64,000 nucleotides of DNA. It comes from Eledone cirrhosa (taxonomy: Eukaryota). Made by a program: the position numbers and the translations under genes. The DNA lies in the NCBI GenBank assembly GCA_964016885.1, contig OZ024740.1, positions 124,992,001 through 125,056,000 on the forward strand, given 5' to 3'. Of the stretch, positions 1 to 12,964 are shown in pieces; position 1 is the stretch's first letter, and each line of letters starts with the position of its first letter. The notes beneath the pieces are model-generated. The model saw only the letters and a list, made by a program, of their open reading frames with translations, searched no databases and was not told the origin of the DNA.

Positions 1-94
1 CTAGTTACTAAAATCTTTTACTTCAAAATGAAGGGTAGATTTCATGAGGCATGTATACTAACTGCAATATTGCATGGCAGTAAGACATGGGCAC

Positions 95-590
95 TTTGTA
101 CAGAGGATTTGCATAGATTGGAATGAAATGCAGTGTGCAGAAGATGAGATTGTTGTAGTATGGAGATGTGATGTGTATGAAAGATGACAGATGCATAAAA
201 AGGTGCATGGTGCTCAAAGTTGATTGGAAGTTATGGTGTAGGAAGACATAGGATGAGGTGATAAATGCTGACCTTGTACAATTGCACCTCTCAATGGTCA
301 TGACACAAGATCGATATCTCTGTTGTTATGCAATAATACACTTTTGATGCATGCATTCAGTATGAACTAACTTAATTTCCTTCCTTTCCTCCCCATTCCA
401 CTTTCTAATACTGTACAAACGTCTAATCACCCCACCTATATTCTAACACTCCACCCACACCCTAATACCTCTCCCTTCTTCCAGTATGTACCCCAGCCCC
501 AGTTTCCACTGTAAAGTGGTCATGTAGATGTCATGACAAAAAGCACCAATGGTAGCATAGAAAAATGGATATTAAACAGTGATGATGATG
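95..590 (+). mobile_element. Heavily decayed RTE LINE 3' remnant
   Basis: Degenerate match to the C-terminal 'WYGHVMRM..D..IKRC' region and the 3' UTR of the RTE copies at 1523-3037 and 16736-20340; ends near (GAT)n. Confidence 0.55.
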
Positions 591-603
591 TTGTCTAGAG
601 TGT

Positions 604-1050
604 ATCATCATCATCATCATCATCACCGTTTTACGTCCGTTCTTCCACGCTAGCATGGGTTAGACGGGTTGTCCTGTTGTGGGCAGTCTCTGGTCGGCTG
701 ACCATGCCTTGCTCATACACGAACTGATTTGGCTTGATTTCTACAGCTGGATGCCCTTCCTAACACCAACCTCATTTACAGTGAGTGCTGGGTGCTTTTT
801 CGTGGCGCCTACACGTCCACTTTACAGTGTGGGCTGGGTGCTTTTTTGCCGTGGCACCTCCACGACCACCTTGCGGTGGGGGGTGTGGGGGCCATATTGT
901 CTATATGCTTCAGCTTGTACCCATGGGAGGTCGGGTACTCTGTATTACTGCTTGACGCCAGAGGTCGCGGTCGTGTGTCATTGCCTTTGAGAGGTGTAAT
1001 TGGGTAAGGTCGGCTTTTATCACCTCATCCCAGGTCATCTTGGGTCTCCC
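604..1050 (-). mobile_element. RTE LINE 3' end (3' UTR and last codons) with (GAT)n tail
   Basis: (CAT)n at 604-626 followed by the reverse complement of the RTE 3' UTR, including its ~45-bp internal repeats; near-identical to 32928-33039. Confidence 0.8.
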
Positions 1051-1468
1051 CACTATCCATCCTTTTTTATCATGGCAAAGTATTGTTTGAGTGAAAACTG
1101 GCTGTTATTATTTACAAGTCAAGTGGGCTTATGAAGGCTCTCTTAACTCATCAATGGATAGTTTCTATGTCACTTATGGTTGATTGCTATGTAGGACTAC
1201 CTCATGTCATGATGGCAGTAATTATTTTATACATCCTTTACTGGTATTAGTCAGTAGACTGTAGCCATGCTGGGAACTACCATTACATTTTTGTTTGTTA
1301 GTTTTTTTTCTTTGTTGATTATATCAACACCAGTAATTTGTTAGGAACTTCTCATTAGAATATGATACAAAATGCAAAGTGGACATTGCTGTAAAGGGAG
1401 ATAATTATGTCAGCCAACAATACCACAATATATTTCTGTTTGGGTATACTGGTTCACATAACACACAT

Positions 1469-1475
<7 letters not shown>

Positions 1476-1522
<47 letters not shown>
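1476..1522. repeat. (TA)n microsatellite
   Basis: Pure TA run directly abutting the 5'-truncated RTE copy. Confidence 0.95.
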
Positions 1523-1526
<4 letters not shown>

Positions 1527-3037
1527 AAAGCCTTTGACAGAGTGCTGCCTGCTATAAACTAGGAGTAGATGAATGGCTTGTGAAAGCCTTACAAGCCATG
1601 TATAGGGGAGCAGTCAGCAAAGTTAGAATTAACAATGACTATAGCGAGGAATTTAGCATACAGGGCGGTGTCCACCAGAGCTCTGTTCTTAGCCCTCTCC
1701 TGTTTATTAGAGTATTGCAGGCTATAACAGAGGAGTTTAAGACCGGAAGCCCATGGGAACTTCTGTATGCAGATGATCTTACATTTATAGTTGAATCTAT
1801 GGCGGAACTAAAGAAGAAATTCTAAACATGGAAGCAGGAACTAAAAGAAGGGGTCTCAAAGTCAACCTGACAAAGATTAAGGTCCTAGTAAGTAGACGAG
1901 AAAACAGAATACAGATCCCATCAGGGAAATGGTGTTGCTCAGTATGTAGGAAAGGCGTAGATAGGAATTCCATCCTCTGCCCCAAATGCAAACTATGGTT
2001 TCACAAGAGATGTAGTGGGATCTCAGGAAGCTTAGTTAGGAATGTAGGCTTTACATGTAGCAGCTGCTCTGGGACAATAAGCAGCAAAAGGTCACAGGAA
2101 ACAAGCACTACCAAACTCTGGGAGTGCTCTGTAGAGCAGTAGACAGTTTCTGGTACCTAGGTGACCAAATTAGCAGCAGAGGTGGGTGTTCTGAAAGTAC
2201 AGTAACCAGGGTCAGAATGGGATGGAAGAAGTTCAGGGAGCTACTACCACTACTAGGTGCAAAAGACTTTTCCCTCAAAATGAAAGGCAGACTGTATGAT
2301 GTGTACATACGGAGAGCAATGTTATGGTAGTGAGACCTGGCACTGTGTGTAGAAGACTTGCGTAGATTAGAAAGACACAAAGCTTGCATGCTCAGATGAA
2401 TGTGTAATAGTAATATACGCAAATGGCAAAGCATAAACGAATTGAGAGAGGGACTGAGCATAAGAGCAATCAAATACTGTGGGCAGGAGAGAATATTGCA
2501 TTGGTATGGACATGTGATGCGTATGAAGTATGACAGCTGCATAAAAAGATGCAGAGCACTAAAAGTTGATGGAAGCCATGGAGTGGGAGGACCGAAGAAG
2601 ATCTGGGACGAGGTGATAAAAGAGGACCTTGCCCAATTGCACCTCTCAGTGGCGATGGCACAGGACCGTGACCTCTGGGGTCACGCAGTAATACCTGACT
2701 TCCCATGGGAACAAACCAAAGCCGAAGCATATAGACAACATGGTCTCATCCCTTCGCTCAGCAAAGTGGTTGTGGAGGTGTCATGACAAAAAAGCGCCCA
2801 GCCCACACTGTAAAGTGGCTGTGTAGGCGCCATGGAAAAAAAGCACCTAGCACTCACTGTAAATGAGGTTGGTGTTAGGAACGGCATCCGGCTGTAGAAA
2901 TCAAGCCAAAAGCAGTTCTCGTATGAGCAAGACAAGGTCACCTAACCTGGCATTTCCCACAACAGGATAACCTGTCTAATCCATGCTAGAAGAATGGACA
3001 TAACACGGTTGTGGTTATGATGGTGATGATGATGATG
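1523..3037 (+). mobile_element. 5'-truncated RTE LINE (RT pseudogene with PHD-like insertion, 3' UTR, GAT tail)
   Basis: EKAFDRV, GVHQSSVLSP, LLYADDL, C4HC3 finger, FWYLG and HWYGHVMRM motifs split over ORFs 1580-2786; (GAT)n tail at ~3017-3037. Confidence 0.92.
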
Positions 3038-3257
3038 AAATACAACAGTCTACACACAATCTATGGTAGAGGGCACTTTCCTGCCTGAATATTTTGCTAT
3101 AATTTTTGTTTACCCCTAAATCAAAGTGGATTTTGAGCATTGAATGGCAACTGTTTTTAGAAGTCTGAGAGGTCATATAGAGGCTCCTTCATTGACATAA
3201 AAAGATCTCTCTTGATAGTGGTGGTATCAGTGATGTTTTAATATTAATGTAATATTT

Positions 3258-3690
3258 GTTTCTACTTTAGGCACAGCAATTTTAATCGATTAAATCGACC
3301 CTAGTGCATCACTGGGACTTTATTTATCTACCCTGTAAGGATGAAAGGCAAAACTAACCTCAGCATGATTTGAACTGAGATTGTTAAAGGCCATAACTAT
3401 ATGCTGCAAAGCATGGTATCTGATGCTATACCAATACTGCCAATCTACCACCCTATGTTAATATAATAATGGTTTCTGATTTAGGCACAAGGCCAACAAA
3501 TTTGGAGGAGGGGCAAGTCGATTATATAGACCCCCAGTGCATTACTGGCACTTTATTTTGTTGAACCCATCTAGATGAAAATCCAAGCTAACTCCACTGG
3601 GATTTGAACTCAGAGCATAAAGGTTCATAACTCTATGCTGCAAAGTATATTGTCTGATACTCTACTGATACTGTCAATCCACTGTCCTTA
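3258..3690 (-). mobile_element. Two adjacent tRNA-derived SINEs (family A)
   Basis: Reverse complement of the family A consensus seen at 61-63 kb: B-box GAGTTCAAATC, 'ctttgcctttcatcct..gggtcgataaaataaagtaccag' core and 'ggccttgtgcctaaa' tail. Confidence 0.8.
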
Positions 3691-5561
3691 ATATTGATGT
3701 AATAATTGTCAGAATCATGATGCTGGCTGTGTTAACATTATTATTATTAACAGCTTGTTCCCACTAATTTGGATAATAAAAATGCCAACAACAATGATGA
3801 CAACTATGATGATGATAGTGATCACTGTCCTTGTAATGTTGATATTTAGAACGATGTTATTATTCTTCAGGCCACAAATAATATTGATGGTCAGCAGAAG
3901 AATAGAATGAGAGAGAATGAGAGTAAGGGAGAGAGAGAGAGAATCCAAAAGTGAAAGGAAAGAGGAGAAATAGAGAAAGTATTTGTGTGTGCATAGGAGA
4001 GGGAGACTAAAAATGTCTGACTTATTATGAGCAAATTTCGTGTTGCTGCACCTTTTATACAAAAACAAGATTCCCACATGATACATTCTTGAGAAGACAG
4101 CATAAAGAATGGTATTGCCTTCTTCAAGAACATTGACAGCTTATATCCCCTTGTAAGTGATATATTCAAATATACGTCTTACTGATTAGAGCGGAATAAA
4201 TGACTTCCAGATTCAATTGAAATGATAGAATTTCCTGGCAATCGAAGCAAAAGTGTCTATATCTTAAGGCCTTTCTGTCTCTTTTAGGATTCTTTATTTG
4301 CTGCCATATTGCTTTGGCAGTAATCAATTTTTTTCCTTCTCTATTCAATGGAGAAGTTGCTCTGGAGATTCTAAAATGATTGTTTGTCTCATGAGTATAT
4401 TGAAACAACTGGTAAATTCCCAACAGTACTGCAATACAGAAGTATCAAATTATTTCTTCCTCAATCTAATCTCGTCAATCCCAATAAATAACAAAAGACG
4501 GAATTGTTTAGAAATTATGTGTTCCTTCATGGTTTTACAAAGCAATTATAATAGGTTGTATTTGTAACTGAAGAAAGGAAACTATAGGAATTGGTAACAA
4601 GCTGAGCATTAAATCTCAGTGCAATGACAAAACAAGTTACTTGTCATTGCATATTTTCTTATGATATTCTCCTCATACATAATGATAGTTAGCTTTTATT
4701 TTCTTAGTTTTGGGAATATCCAAGTAATTTGATATTTTCTATTTTGGAGAAGATTAAAATAAAATCTTACGTTATATGATATGGGTATAAAAGTAGGAAA
4801 CTTTGATGTAACGATGATGCTTAAGATAGTTTTTAGGGGTAGCAAGTGTCAGTTCTATATCAAACCACTGGAACAACATAATGTACCATCACATCTGCTA
4901 GGTGTTGGCAGAAATTGATATCCCCTACTCAAAACCATTTAACTTCATGTTACTTCGGTATGTCTATCAACAATTAGTACAGATTTAATGCTAGTACATG
5001 CTGAACTAAACCAATAGATGGCCAACTAATTCTGACATTTGGTTTACCATCACTACTTAGCCCTTTAATGCATTTAGCTGAATCCACTCTGTTACAAGCA
5101 TTCAGAATGTGACTCCATCTTGAGAATAACTCAATATCTTCATGCACTCCTTACTGAAGCAATCAATGAGTCATAGTTTCTTACATCTTCATCTCTGCCA
5201 GTGATATAAACATTGTAAACAGGTCATTCTCTTCCTCTGACTTTTGATAATAAAAAGTACAATGAGACTACAAACGACTATTTCTTTCACTTTAGTGCAA
5301 AGTCTGCTCTTTGTGTTGATGTAACTGACATGTTCTTATTGAAGACTTGCTATGCCTCACATCCCTGACAGGTAGCTCCCAAAGGCCCCAATTTTGATTG
5401 GTAAATTGGTGATAGCTGGTAGAATTTGAGTTCAGAATACAAAGGCTCCATTTTAGAGTGGTAAATTGGTGGTGTAAGGTAGAATTTGAGTTCAGAATAC
5501 AGAGCGTCAAAACGGATACTGCACAGCATCTCATTCAGTTTTCTAACAATTCTACCAATAC

Positions 5562-5840
5562 TAGTAGCATAAATATGGTATGGCAAACATGGCACATGCC
5601 ATGAGCCCCATTTAAAAATGGGTGCCACTTGGACCAGAAGCACTTTCTATTAAAGTCAGATTAGTGATTGTTCAAGAGTGAAAAAAGAAACTTTTTCAAA
5701 TGAATTATCTGTTTTTGATTATCATGGCTGAGAAGCACTGTGGTGATCATTTATATACATTATTAGGCCAATTGATAATTTAGCCAGGGGCCCAAATATA
5801 GTGTTTGCCATATGTGCTATTTTCCTTAGTTATGCCTCTG
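5562..5840. mobile_element. Possible ancient hAT-type MITE
   Basis: Degenerate termini tagtagcataaata / tagttatgcctctg resemble CAGTGGCGTAACTA-type TIRs; TSD not convincing. Confidence 0.3.
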
Positions 5841-6277
5841 GCAATGCATCTGCCAGTTATATTAAGTTTACTGTCCCTTAACCTCTGCTGTGTATAATAA
5901 CTCAACTAGTAAAAAATGTATCTTGAGTCCATTGCAGGGTTAAACCCTCAGTTATTATTGCTGGTACTCGTTTTTAGCTGGGTATACTGAAATAACGTAA
6001 AATGAAGACCACAACACACAACCTAGTCCATACGTTTATGATCATAAGTTTAACATCCTAATTACTAGACCACATGGCTTAACTAGTCCAGCATATGTAA
6101 ATGCCTAGGGGACTAGGAAACCCATCTTCTAGATTTCCATTCCAAACACCACAGTCATCCTGTTTGTATGAGATTTATTAATATCTTGACAAAACACACA
6201 CGATGGATCAGAAAGTTTGCTAAGTAAACTATCAGAACTGTATTGGCATCTATATTTAACAAGGTAGCAAGATGTAT

Positions 6278-6550
6278 GGAGGTGCATGACCTAGAAGTAA
6301 GGGTGTTGGACTTATGATCATAGTGTTGTGGGTTCGATTCCTGAACTGGGTTGTGACTTGTGCTCTTCAGTAAAACACTTTATTCCATGTTGCCCCAGTA
6401 TACTCAGCTGAAAATGAGTCCCACCTATAGCAGAATGTTTAACTCTGCAATAGACTGGAATTCTGCCAGTGGGGAGTCTTGTACTCTCAATTGGTTCATG
6501 CCACAGAAATGGGGTAAGCACCAGCCAGATGAGCCTCTGGCTTGAAACAA
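6278..6550 (+). mobile_element. tRNA-derived SINE (family B, CORE-like centre)
   Basis: tRNA-like head with GGTTCGATTCC B-box and 'tgtgctcttcagtaaaacactttattccatgttgc' core; related copies at 12713, 26391 and 41035. Confidence 0.75.
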
Positions 6551-7254
6551 ATTTTAAACTTAGACATTTTATTGTATATACTGTTCCCATTCCACCACCA
6601 TTGTGTTCTACCACTGGTAATGGTAGGAGCCTTTTACAAGAAACAGAGCCAGTTTCAGGCAGTTTAGCATCAAAAGGGCTAAATTGTTCTAGTTGCTATT
6701 TAGTACTCTATTACTCGCTGAGGCCATGCTGGGTAACCGCCCTTGGGACATATTATTTTTTGACAATGTAGAGATTTTGTACATTCACTTTTTAATACAT
6801 TTTATGCAAAAAAATTCATAGTCTGCATTTCACTTTTTTTGTTGTAGTGGACCCGAGTGCTGTACACAATTTTCATTTTTCATTATCATTTTTTACGTTG
6901 AGAAAAAATGAAACAGTTCTCATTTATTTTATTTTTTTATTTTTGACTGTATTTATCTGACATTGATTTTTACTTTTAGCATATACATGTGGTAGTTAAT
7001 CACAGATTAGTGTGAAAATTTGCAATACATTGCTTATATCAGGCATAACATAATGCAATTCCGTTATTTACATTAATAATATTCTACAAATCAATTATTT
7101 TTTTGTTCACTTTTCATTGTTGTTATTTCATTGATAATAAGGAATATATTTTAGAGCAGTCAAGAAGCAATTTCTGTTGCTATTTGGTCCACTGCTACTT
7201 CTGTTATCTGGTCCACAGCTACTTCTTTATTCTAGAAGGTGCTATTTTATTACT

Positions 7255-7450
7255 ATTGACAGATTCAGTAGAGTGTTGGCTAAAATTCTTTCTTCTATTT
7301 AGTTACATCACTTTAAATTTTTAGTTCAAATCCCACTGAGGTTAGCTTTCTCTTTCATCATTACAGGGTCGATAAAATAAAATACGCTTTAATCGACTTT
7401 CCCTTCCCCCAAAATTGTTGGCATTATGCCTAAACCAAAAACCATTATTA
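7255..7450 (+). mobile_element. SINE family A
   Basis: B-box gttcaaatccc, gggtcgataaaataa core, (ATT) tail. Confidence 0.75.
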
Positions 7451-7499
7451 ATATTATTTGACTTTTCCTCACTACTAAATTTAATGTTCCTTTGGGCCG

Positions 7500-8612
7500 A
7501 TTATTTTAGGTAGTACCAGGCTACAACTAATAATCTAGAGTAAGTCCAACATTTTCATATCCTTCCTTGTCACTTCTCTACTGCTGATAATCCAGAACCT
7601 TCCTCAATATTCGAGTAATTCTCAGTAAGTATGTCTTCTGGAGCAGATCAGTCTCTGATGGAAAGTCTATCTTCAACAGGTAGTTTTCCAAGTTTTTTGT
7701 CATCATGACAAGAGCACCAATCACCACTGGGACAATAGTAACTGTCTTCACTTCATTATTCCAGCATTTCAAGACCTCATATTTTAGGTCAGTATAAACC
7801 CCTATTCTCTCCTGTCAATTACAACAATATCTGCTTTGTTTTTGTTGTGCTAAATCTTCACCTTGGTCAGAGTTTGGAAATCCCATAGGAATTTTACCTC
7901 ATCATTTTCTAAGACTCCCATCTCATGGATGACACCATGTTAATAACTTTCTTCTGTACATGGAAATCCATGTTTTTTACACAAGCTCCAGTGCAACATG
8001 GTAGCCACCTTATATCATCTTTTTTATAATCATTCTAGGCTAGCGACTTACACTCTGAAAAAATATGAGCAACTATCACTGCCTTTTCTCCCACAGATTC
8101 TGCATTCAGCTTGAACATCTTTCTTGTCTATGTTTTTCATTACCTTCCTTGTTCTTATTGTTTGATCTTGTGCTGCTAATATAAATCTTTTCATTTATTT
8201 CTTAAGGTAGCCTTTCCATAAATATAAACACGTGTTTTTGTTTTCACACACGTTTCTGGTTTCCTTAAGGTGCTTTTCATTAAATGCTTCATTATGCTTT
8301 TCAGCAATTTTAGTCTTTGTGTTTTCTAAGTCACCATTTTTTTTTTTAAATATACCTTCCCTGACAATCTCCAATATAAGATTTTTTTTCTTTTTTTTTT
8401 TTGTAGAAACCTATACCACTTTATTCTATTTTGACATCTGTACACTCAGTAATCCCCTAACTTCCTCCTTTCTTTTACAAAACAGCCTGCCTGCATCACC
8501 TTGTGGGTGCATACATCAATTGATTGTGAGCATATTCCTAGTTTTCCGATCATTTTCTTTTAACTCTGCTTTTGTCCATTCTACTATACCTGCACTGTAC
8601 CTAATTATATTT
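7500..8612 (-). mobile_element. Old 5'-truncated R4/Dong-like RLE retrotransposon fragment
   Basis: Minus strand encodes IIRYSAGIVEWTKAELKENDRKTR, LWDFQ and IVPVVIGAL..LQK..LL..RILRKVL, homologous to the ORFs at 52506-54338 and 57239-59680. Confidence 0.85.
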
Positions 8613-8619
8613 GTTTTAT

Positions 8620-9030
8620 ATTCCTTTCATATTCAACGTGTTTGGAGTGTGACACCACTACGGTGACATTAGCATATGCTGACAAGGATCTCCTACATCC
8701 TAGTTTGCATGAGACAACCCTCAACATCTCTAATTTGTGTATTAGTTGTTTGAGAGTCAATATGAAAAACTTCCAGAAATGTCTGACCTGCAACCAGCAA
8801 TCATTGCCAGTTCAGGATAATGTTTATAGGCATAGAAGTGCCATCAGCCAGCCCTATCAGAGATGTGCACTGGATGACGAAAGATCCTGCACACAATCAT
8901 TGAGTGTGTGAGTATTGATGAATTGCAGATTTATGCAAAACACCTGCTGTGTCATGTAGAACGGATCAGTCTATCAGCTGAACCCATCGTGAAAATTGTC
9001 CCGTCATCTTCCTTTAGCTGGGAAGGGCAA
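8620..9030 (-). mobile_element. Decayed L1/Tx1-clade RT fragment
   Basis: LTLKQLIHKLE..SLSAYANVTVVVS aligns with LTLEPLLRKLE..AVSAYADESTVMVS of the element at 44925-49487. Confidence 0.7.
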
Positions 9031-10733
9031 AGTTTTTATTTGCCTGGTGGCCATGGCAAAAGTGGTCGTTTGGTTGGTACATTTGAAAGGTTTGAAAACA
9101 AGCACTTTCCCCTTTGACATAGCATTGAAGGCTTTTCCAAATTTTGCTTGAAAGGTGAGTAAGTGGTGAGTATGGCCCAAATAAATGGGCCTCCTATGAA
9201 GGCCAGCCAATAGATTGGAGAACAACTAGGAGAGGGTTTTTGCCTTAGTGGGCAGGCTGACTGTGGCTTTTTGTTAGTTTTCTCTATGAATAACATTTTG
9301 AAATTTCCCTCCTATTGGGGAATTTCTTTTGTATGAATTTTTACATTTGTTGCTATTGTTAAACATTTTTTATGCAAGGAAACCCACATTGTACAATTCT
9401 GCGTCATATTCAATGTTTTCTTAATGTGAGCCCTGCATGGCTAATAAATAAATCATCATTATTATTATTATCATGATTATCATTCTCATTATTATTTCTA
9501 TTTTCAATTGCCTTTCTCACAGGTGAAGATATGTTGAAGTGATGATAAGAGATCTCAGCATACTGAGTCACCCAGATGAGACCACATAAAATTGTTGATT
9601 TAATGTTCTGTAAAGACACTTATTATGGCAATGATGATGATAATGAGAATGAATAATTTCTTATTAATCCAGGATAAATGTTTGTCTACATGAAGAGGAG
9701 AAATTATCATCATTATTATAAGTACTACAGTCGTCAACTAATTTATCATCAGTAAAAACATTTCATGCATATATCTATATATATATATATTGTGTAACAC
9801 ACATAAATATATGCACACAACGCATATAAATATACATATATACATATATATATAAATACATACAGATATATAAATGTGTGTGTGTATAGTTTAGACATAA
9901 GGAAAAAACTTGCTAAGTAAACTAGATAATTTTTCCAAAAGTTTGATAAGAGAATGAGAAATATCAAATATTCAGGGATATAAATAGAAGTTTTAATGTC
10001 AATAAAATATTCATGATTCAAATTAAAGTCATATAACTGTCAGAAGAATTATCTCAAAGACATAAACAATGAGAAACACTAATAATAAAAAAAATAAATA
10101 TATAGGAAAACAAGTCAAAAGACTGGCGTCACCACAAGCAAGGCTATTTGAATGAACATTTTCATTCTACTAAGGGAGAAGAGCATGATGATGTCTATGA
10201 CAAAAGTATCATATATAATGTTTAAAATACTGACATTATTGATGGATATATTGATAAATATGATGATATCAATGGTATTGATGATGGTGATCATGATTAT
10301 CATAAATACAAAAATGTCATCAAATATGACATTGATAATTATGATGGTGATGATAGCAATGATGACTAGGATGATAATGATATAAGAGATAATAACAACT
10401 GGTTGTGGGTGTTTTGATAATGATTTTATCATAATTCTGTTTCCCAAGGAAGATCCATTCCATATACAGACAAGGAAATTATCTCCACTACTTAGTATTT
10501 CATTTTCCATATCCAAGGTTTACATGTAGGTATATCATTCTTCATTTAAGATATACAGCACTACCACTAATATTTTAATATGGAGTAACACTTACATTTT
10601 CTGGTTGACACTTATTCTTCTAACCAGTGAGATTGATTCAGTGAATGGACAGTTTGAAAATGTGTTGAAAAGAAAACATGTATAGAGAAGAAAATCCAAA
10701 AGGAAAGATTTTGTTGGGTGGAATGACTAACAA

Positions 10734-10919
10734 CATTGCCGGATTTACTATTGTGCTTAGGTGTGCTTAAGCACAGGGCCCTGTTGGCTAGGAGGACCCA
10801 TCTTCCTGCCCCTAAAATCTTTTCAAATGTTTTTCAAATGTTTCTCTCCTTCAGGGCCCAAGTAAGGTGCTTCATAACTTGACTAGCAGAGGGCCTTATT
10901 TGTCCTAAATTAGGCACTG
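10734..10919. mobile_element. hAT-type MITE (186 bp)
   Basis: Imperfect TIRs cattgccggattta / taaattaggcactg; 8-bp TSD actaacaa (10726-10733) / attaacaa (10920-10927) with one mismatch. Confidence 0.7.
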
Positions 10920-11689
10920 ATTAACAAAACTATTTTGTGATGAGTTTTGGGTGGATAAGACGTGGATAAGACAATAAAGATGGTGAGAAGAAAGAGACAT
11001 ACCCTCGTACAGAAAACCCAAACAAAGATATTGGGCATCTGGGCATACAAAGATATGACATAAAAGATAGAAGATTCAATTATGAAGGCAATATTCTAGT
11101 ATCACCTTAGCCATCAGGGCTAAAACAAACTAATAAAGTAAAGAATGAAAATTAGCAAAATGAAGTTGTAGGAAGAGGAGAAGATCAAATATAATTAATT
11201 AATAACTTAACATTTTATTACTAGTAATAATTTTATTGATGAATGATGGAAAACAAATTTTAATCCAATATCAGTGAATCTTTTGAAAAATTGCACAGAA
11301 AAGTAATGAATAAGACATTAAAAAGCTAATCTGACTTATCTAATAATTAAACTATTAATTAATAAGAGTGAATTGAAAATTCTTGACCCTTATTAGTCAG
11401 AGCAAGAGCAGAAAAATTTAAACTGGTTAAATTTGTTATGACATTTTGAACCCCATGACTTTCTTAATTAAAATAAAAATTAATTCATTGGTGGTGAGAA
11501 CATGACAAAACATATAGTAACATTTAGTAATATGTGGACATGATATTCAAAGGTTGAGAACATGAAATATGAGAATATCATATTTTGCATTTTCTGATTA
11601 TCCTTTAGTGTAATTTATTCTGTTTTTCAACAACTATTATGAGTTTAACCCCACCACCAACTTCAAAAGAAAAATGAATTATCGTTTAC

Positions 11690-11931
11690 AGTTAGCGAAA
11701 ATTGTAATCAAGAAACTGGAGCTACAACTTGACAAAATTGATGGAGTTTGTTTTGATGGCACAGTAAATATGAGTGAGGTTTATACAGGTTTGGTAACGA
11801 GAATAAAGGAGCGATCTCCACTTGATCTCTATGTTCAGTGTTATAGTTGTCTCTCAACTCCTGCTTTCCAAAATACAACAATAGAAAATGAGCCCATCCA
11901 TAGTATCATAGTAACAATCCAAAGCTACTAA
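11690..11931 (+). pseudogene. hAT (ZMYM1-like) transposase remnant
   Basis: LDKIDGVCFDGTVNMSEVYTGLVTRIKERSPLDLYVQCY matches the hAT 'DGASNMSG..GV..RI....P.A.YVHC' block. Confidence 0.7.
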
Positions 11932-12329
11932 AACTTTCTAGTGGCCTGTCACAAATTTCCTGTTATTCATTCTCTGCCTCCAGCCTTGTTGCTTCAGATT
12001 CAAACCCAGGCTATACTGCCTGCAATACAATGGAGAGGAAGACAGGGCTTGATCAACTGCTTCTTTATACCAGTCTCCGATGAGACCTCTTATGTCCTTG
12101 TTGATTTACTCTGTAAAATCAGAAAGGCAGCAGCCCACTAGAGGAGGGAACCCCATGAAGTGGGCTGGCTGTTGCAGTGGGTGTTTCTGCTCATTCTCTG
12201 TGGTAATACCTTTGCAATTTTGTCCATGGGGCATAGCTGTGGCACAGTTTTTATTGGAGTGGTCCTTTTCCCTCTCCCTTTCTTTTGCTGCTTGTTTCTA
12301 TTTTCATTTTTGTATTCTCTTTAATAATT

Positions 12330-12512
12330 GTTTCTAATTTTGGCACAAGGCCAGCAATTATCCTAGTGAATTACAGGTACTTTAATTTATTGACCCTGTA
12401 AGGATGAAAGGCAAAGTTAACCCCGGTGGAATTTGAACTCAGACCGTAGAGGGCCGTAACTCTAAGTTGCAAAGCATGGCATCTGACCCTTTACCGATAC
12501 TGCCAATCCAAT
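12330..12512 (-). mobile_element. SINE family A
   Basis: Near-complete reverse-complement copy of the family A consensus. Confidence 0.85.
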
Positions 12513-12712
12513 GTTTTGGAATAAACAGTTGAAAAAAAATATTCTCTTTCAAAACATCAAAGTCAAAAGAGAATAAATCTGGTGGACATTTAAATCTCAA
12601 ACTTGCAATGAAAGATTCAATGGCATAGGATGGCAAGAGATAAAACTCCTCATGAGGTTCAGAGGCATCAGTCTCTAATCGACATCGAATCTGGCATTGC
12701 CAATATATCTGT

Positions 12713-12960
12713 GTGGAAGTGCATCACCTAATGGTAAGGGTGTTGGATTTACAATCACAATGTTGTGGGTTCAAATCCTGGGCTGAGTTGTGTGTTGTGT
12801 TCTTGAACAAAACACTTTATTTCATGTTGCTCCAGTATACTCAACTGAAAATTCATAACAGCAATAACTGGGGAGACTTGTACTCTCAGTTGCTTCACAC
12901 CACGAAACCAGCATAAGCACTGACCTAATGAGCCTTTTTGCATGAGGCAGACTTTAGACT
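12713..12960 (+). mobile_element. SINE family B
   Basis: Matches 6278-6550; B-box ggttcaaatcc and 'tgtgttcttgaacaaaacactttatttcatgttgctccag' core. Confidence 0.75.
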
Positions 12961-12964
12961 AGAC

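Noticed and set aside
10115-10516. Ile-rich 133-aa 'membrane protein' ORF
   Set aside because: Arises from a degenerate (ATG/ATC)n low-complexity tract.
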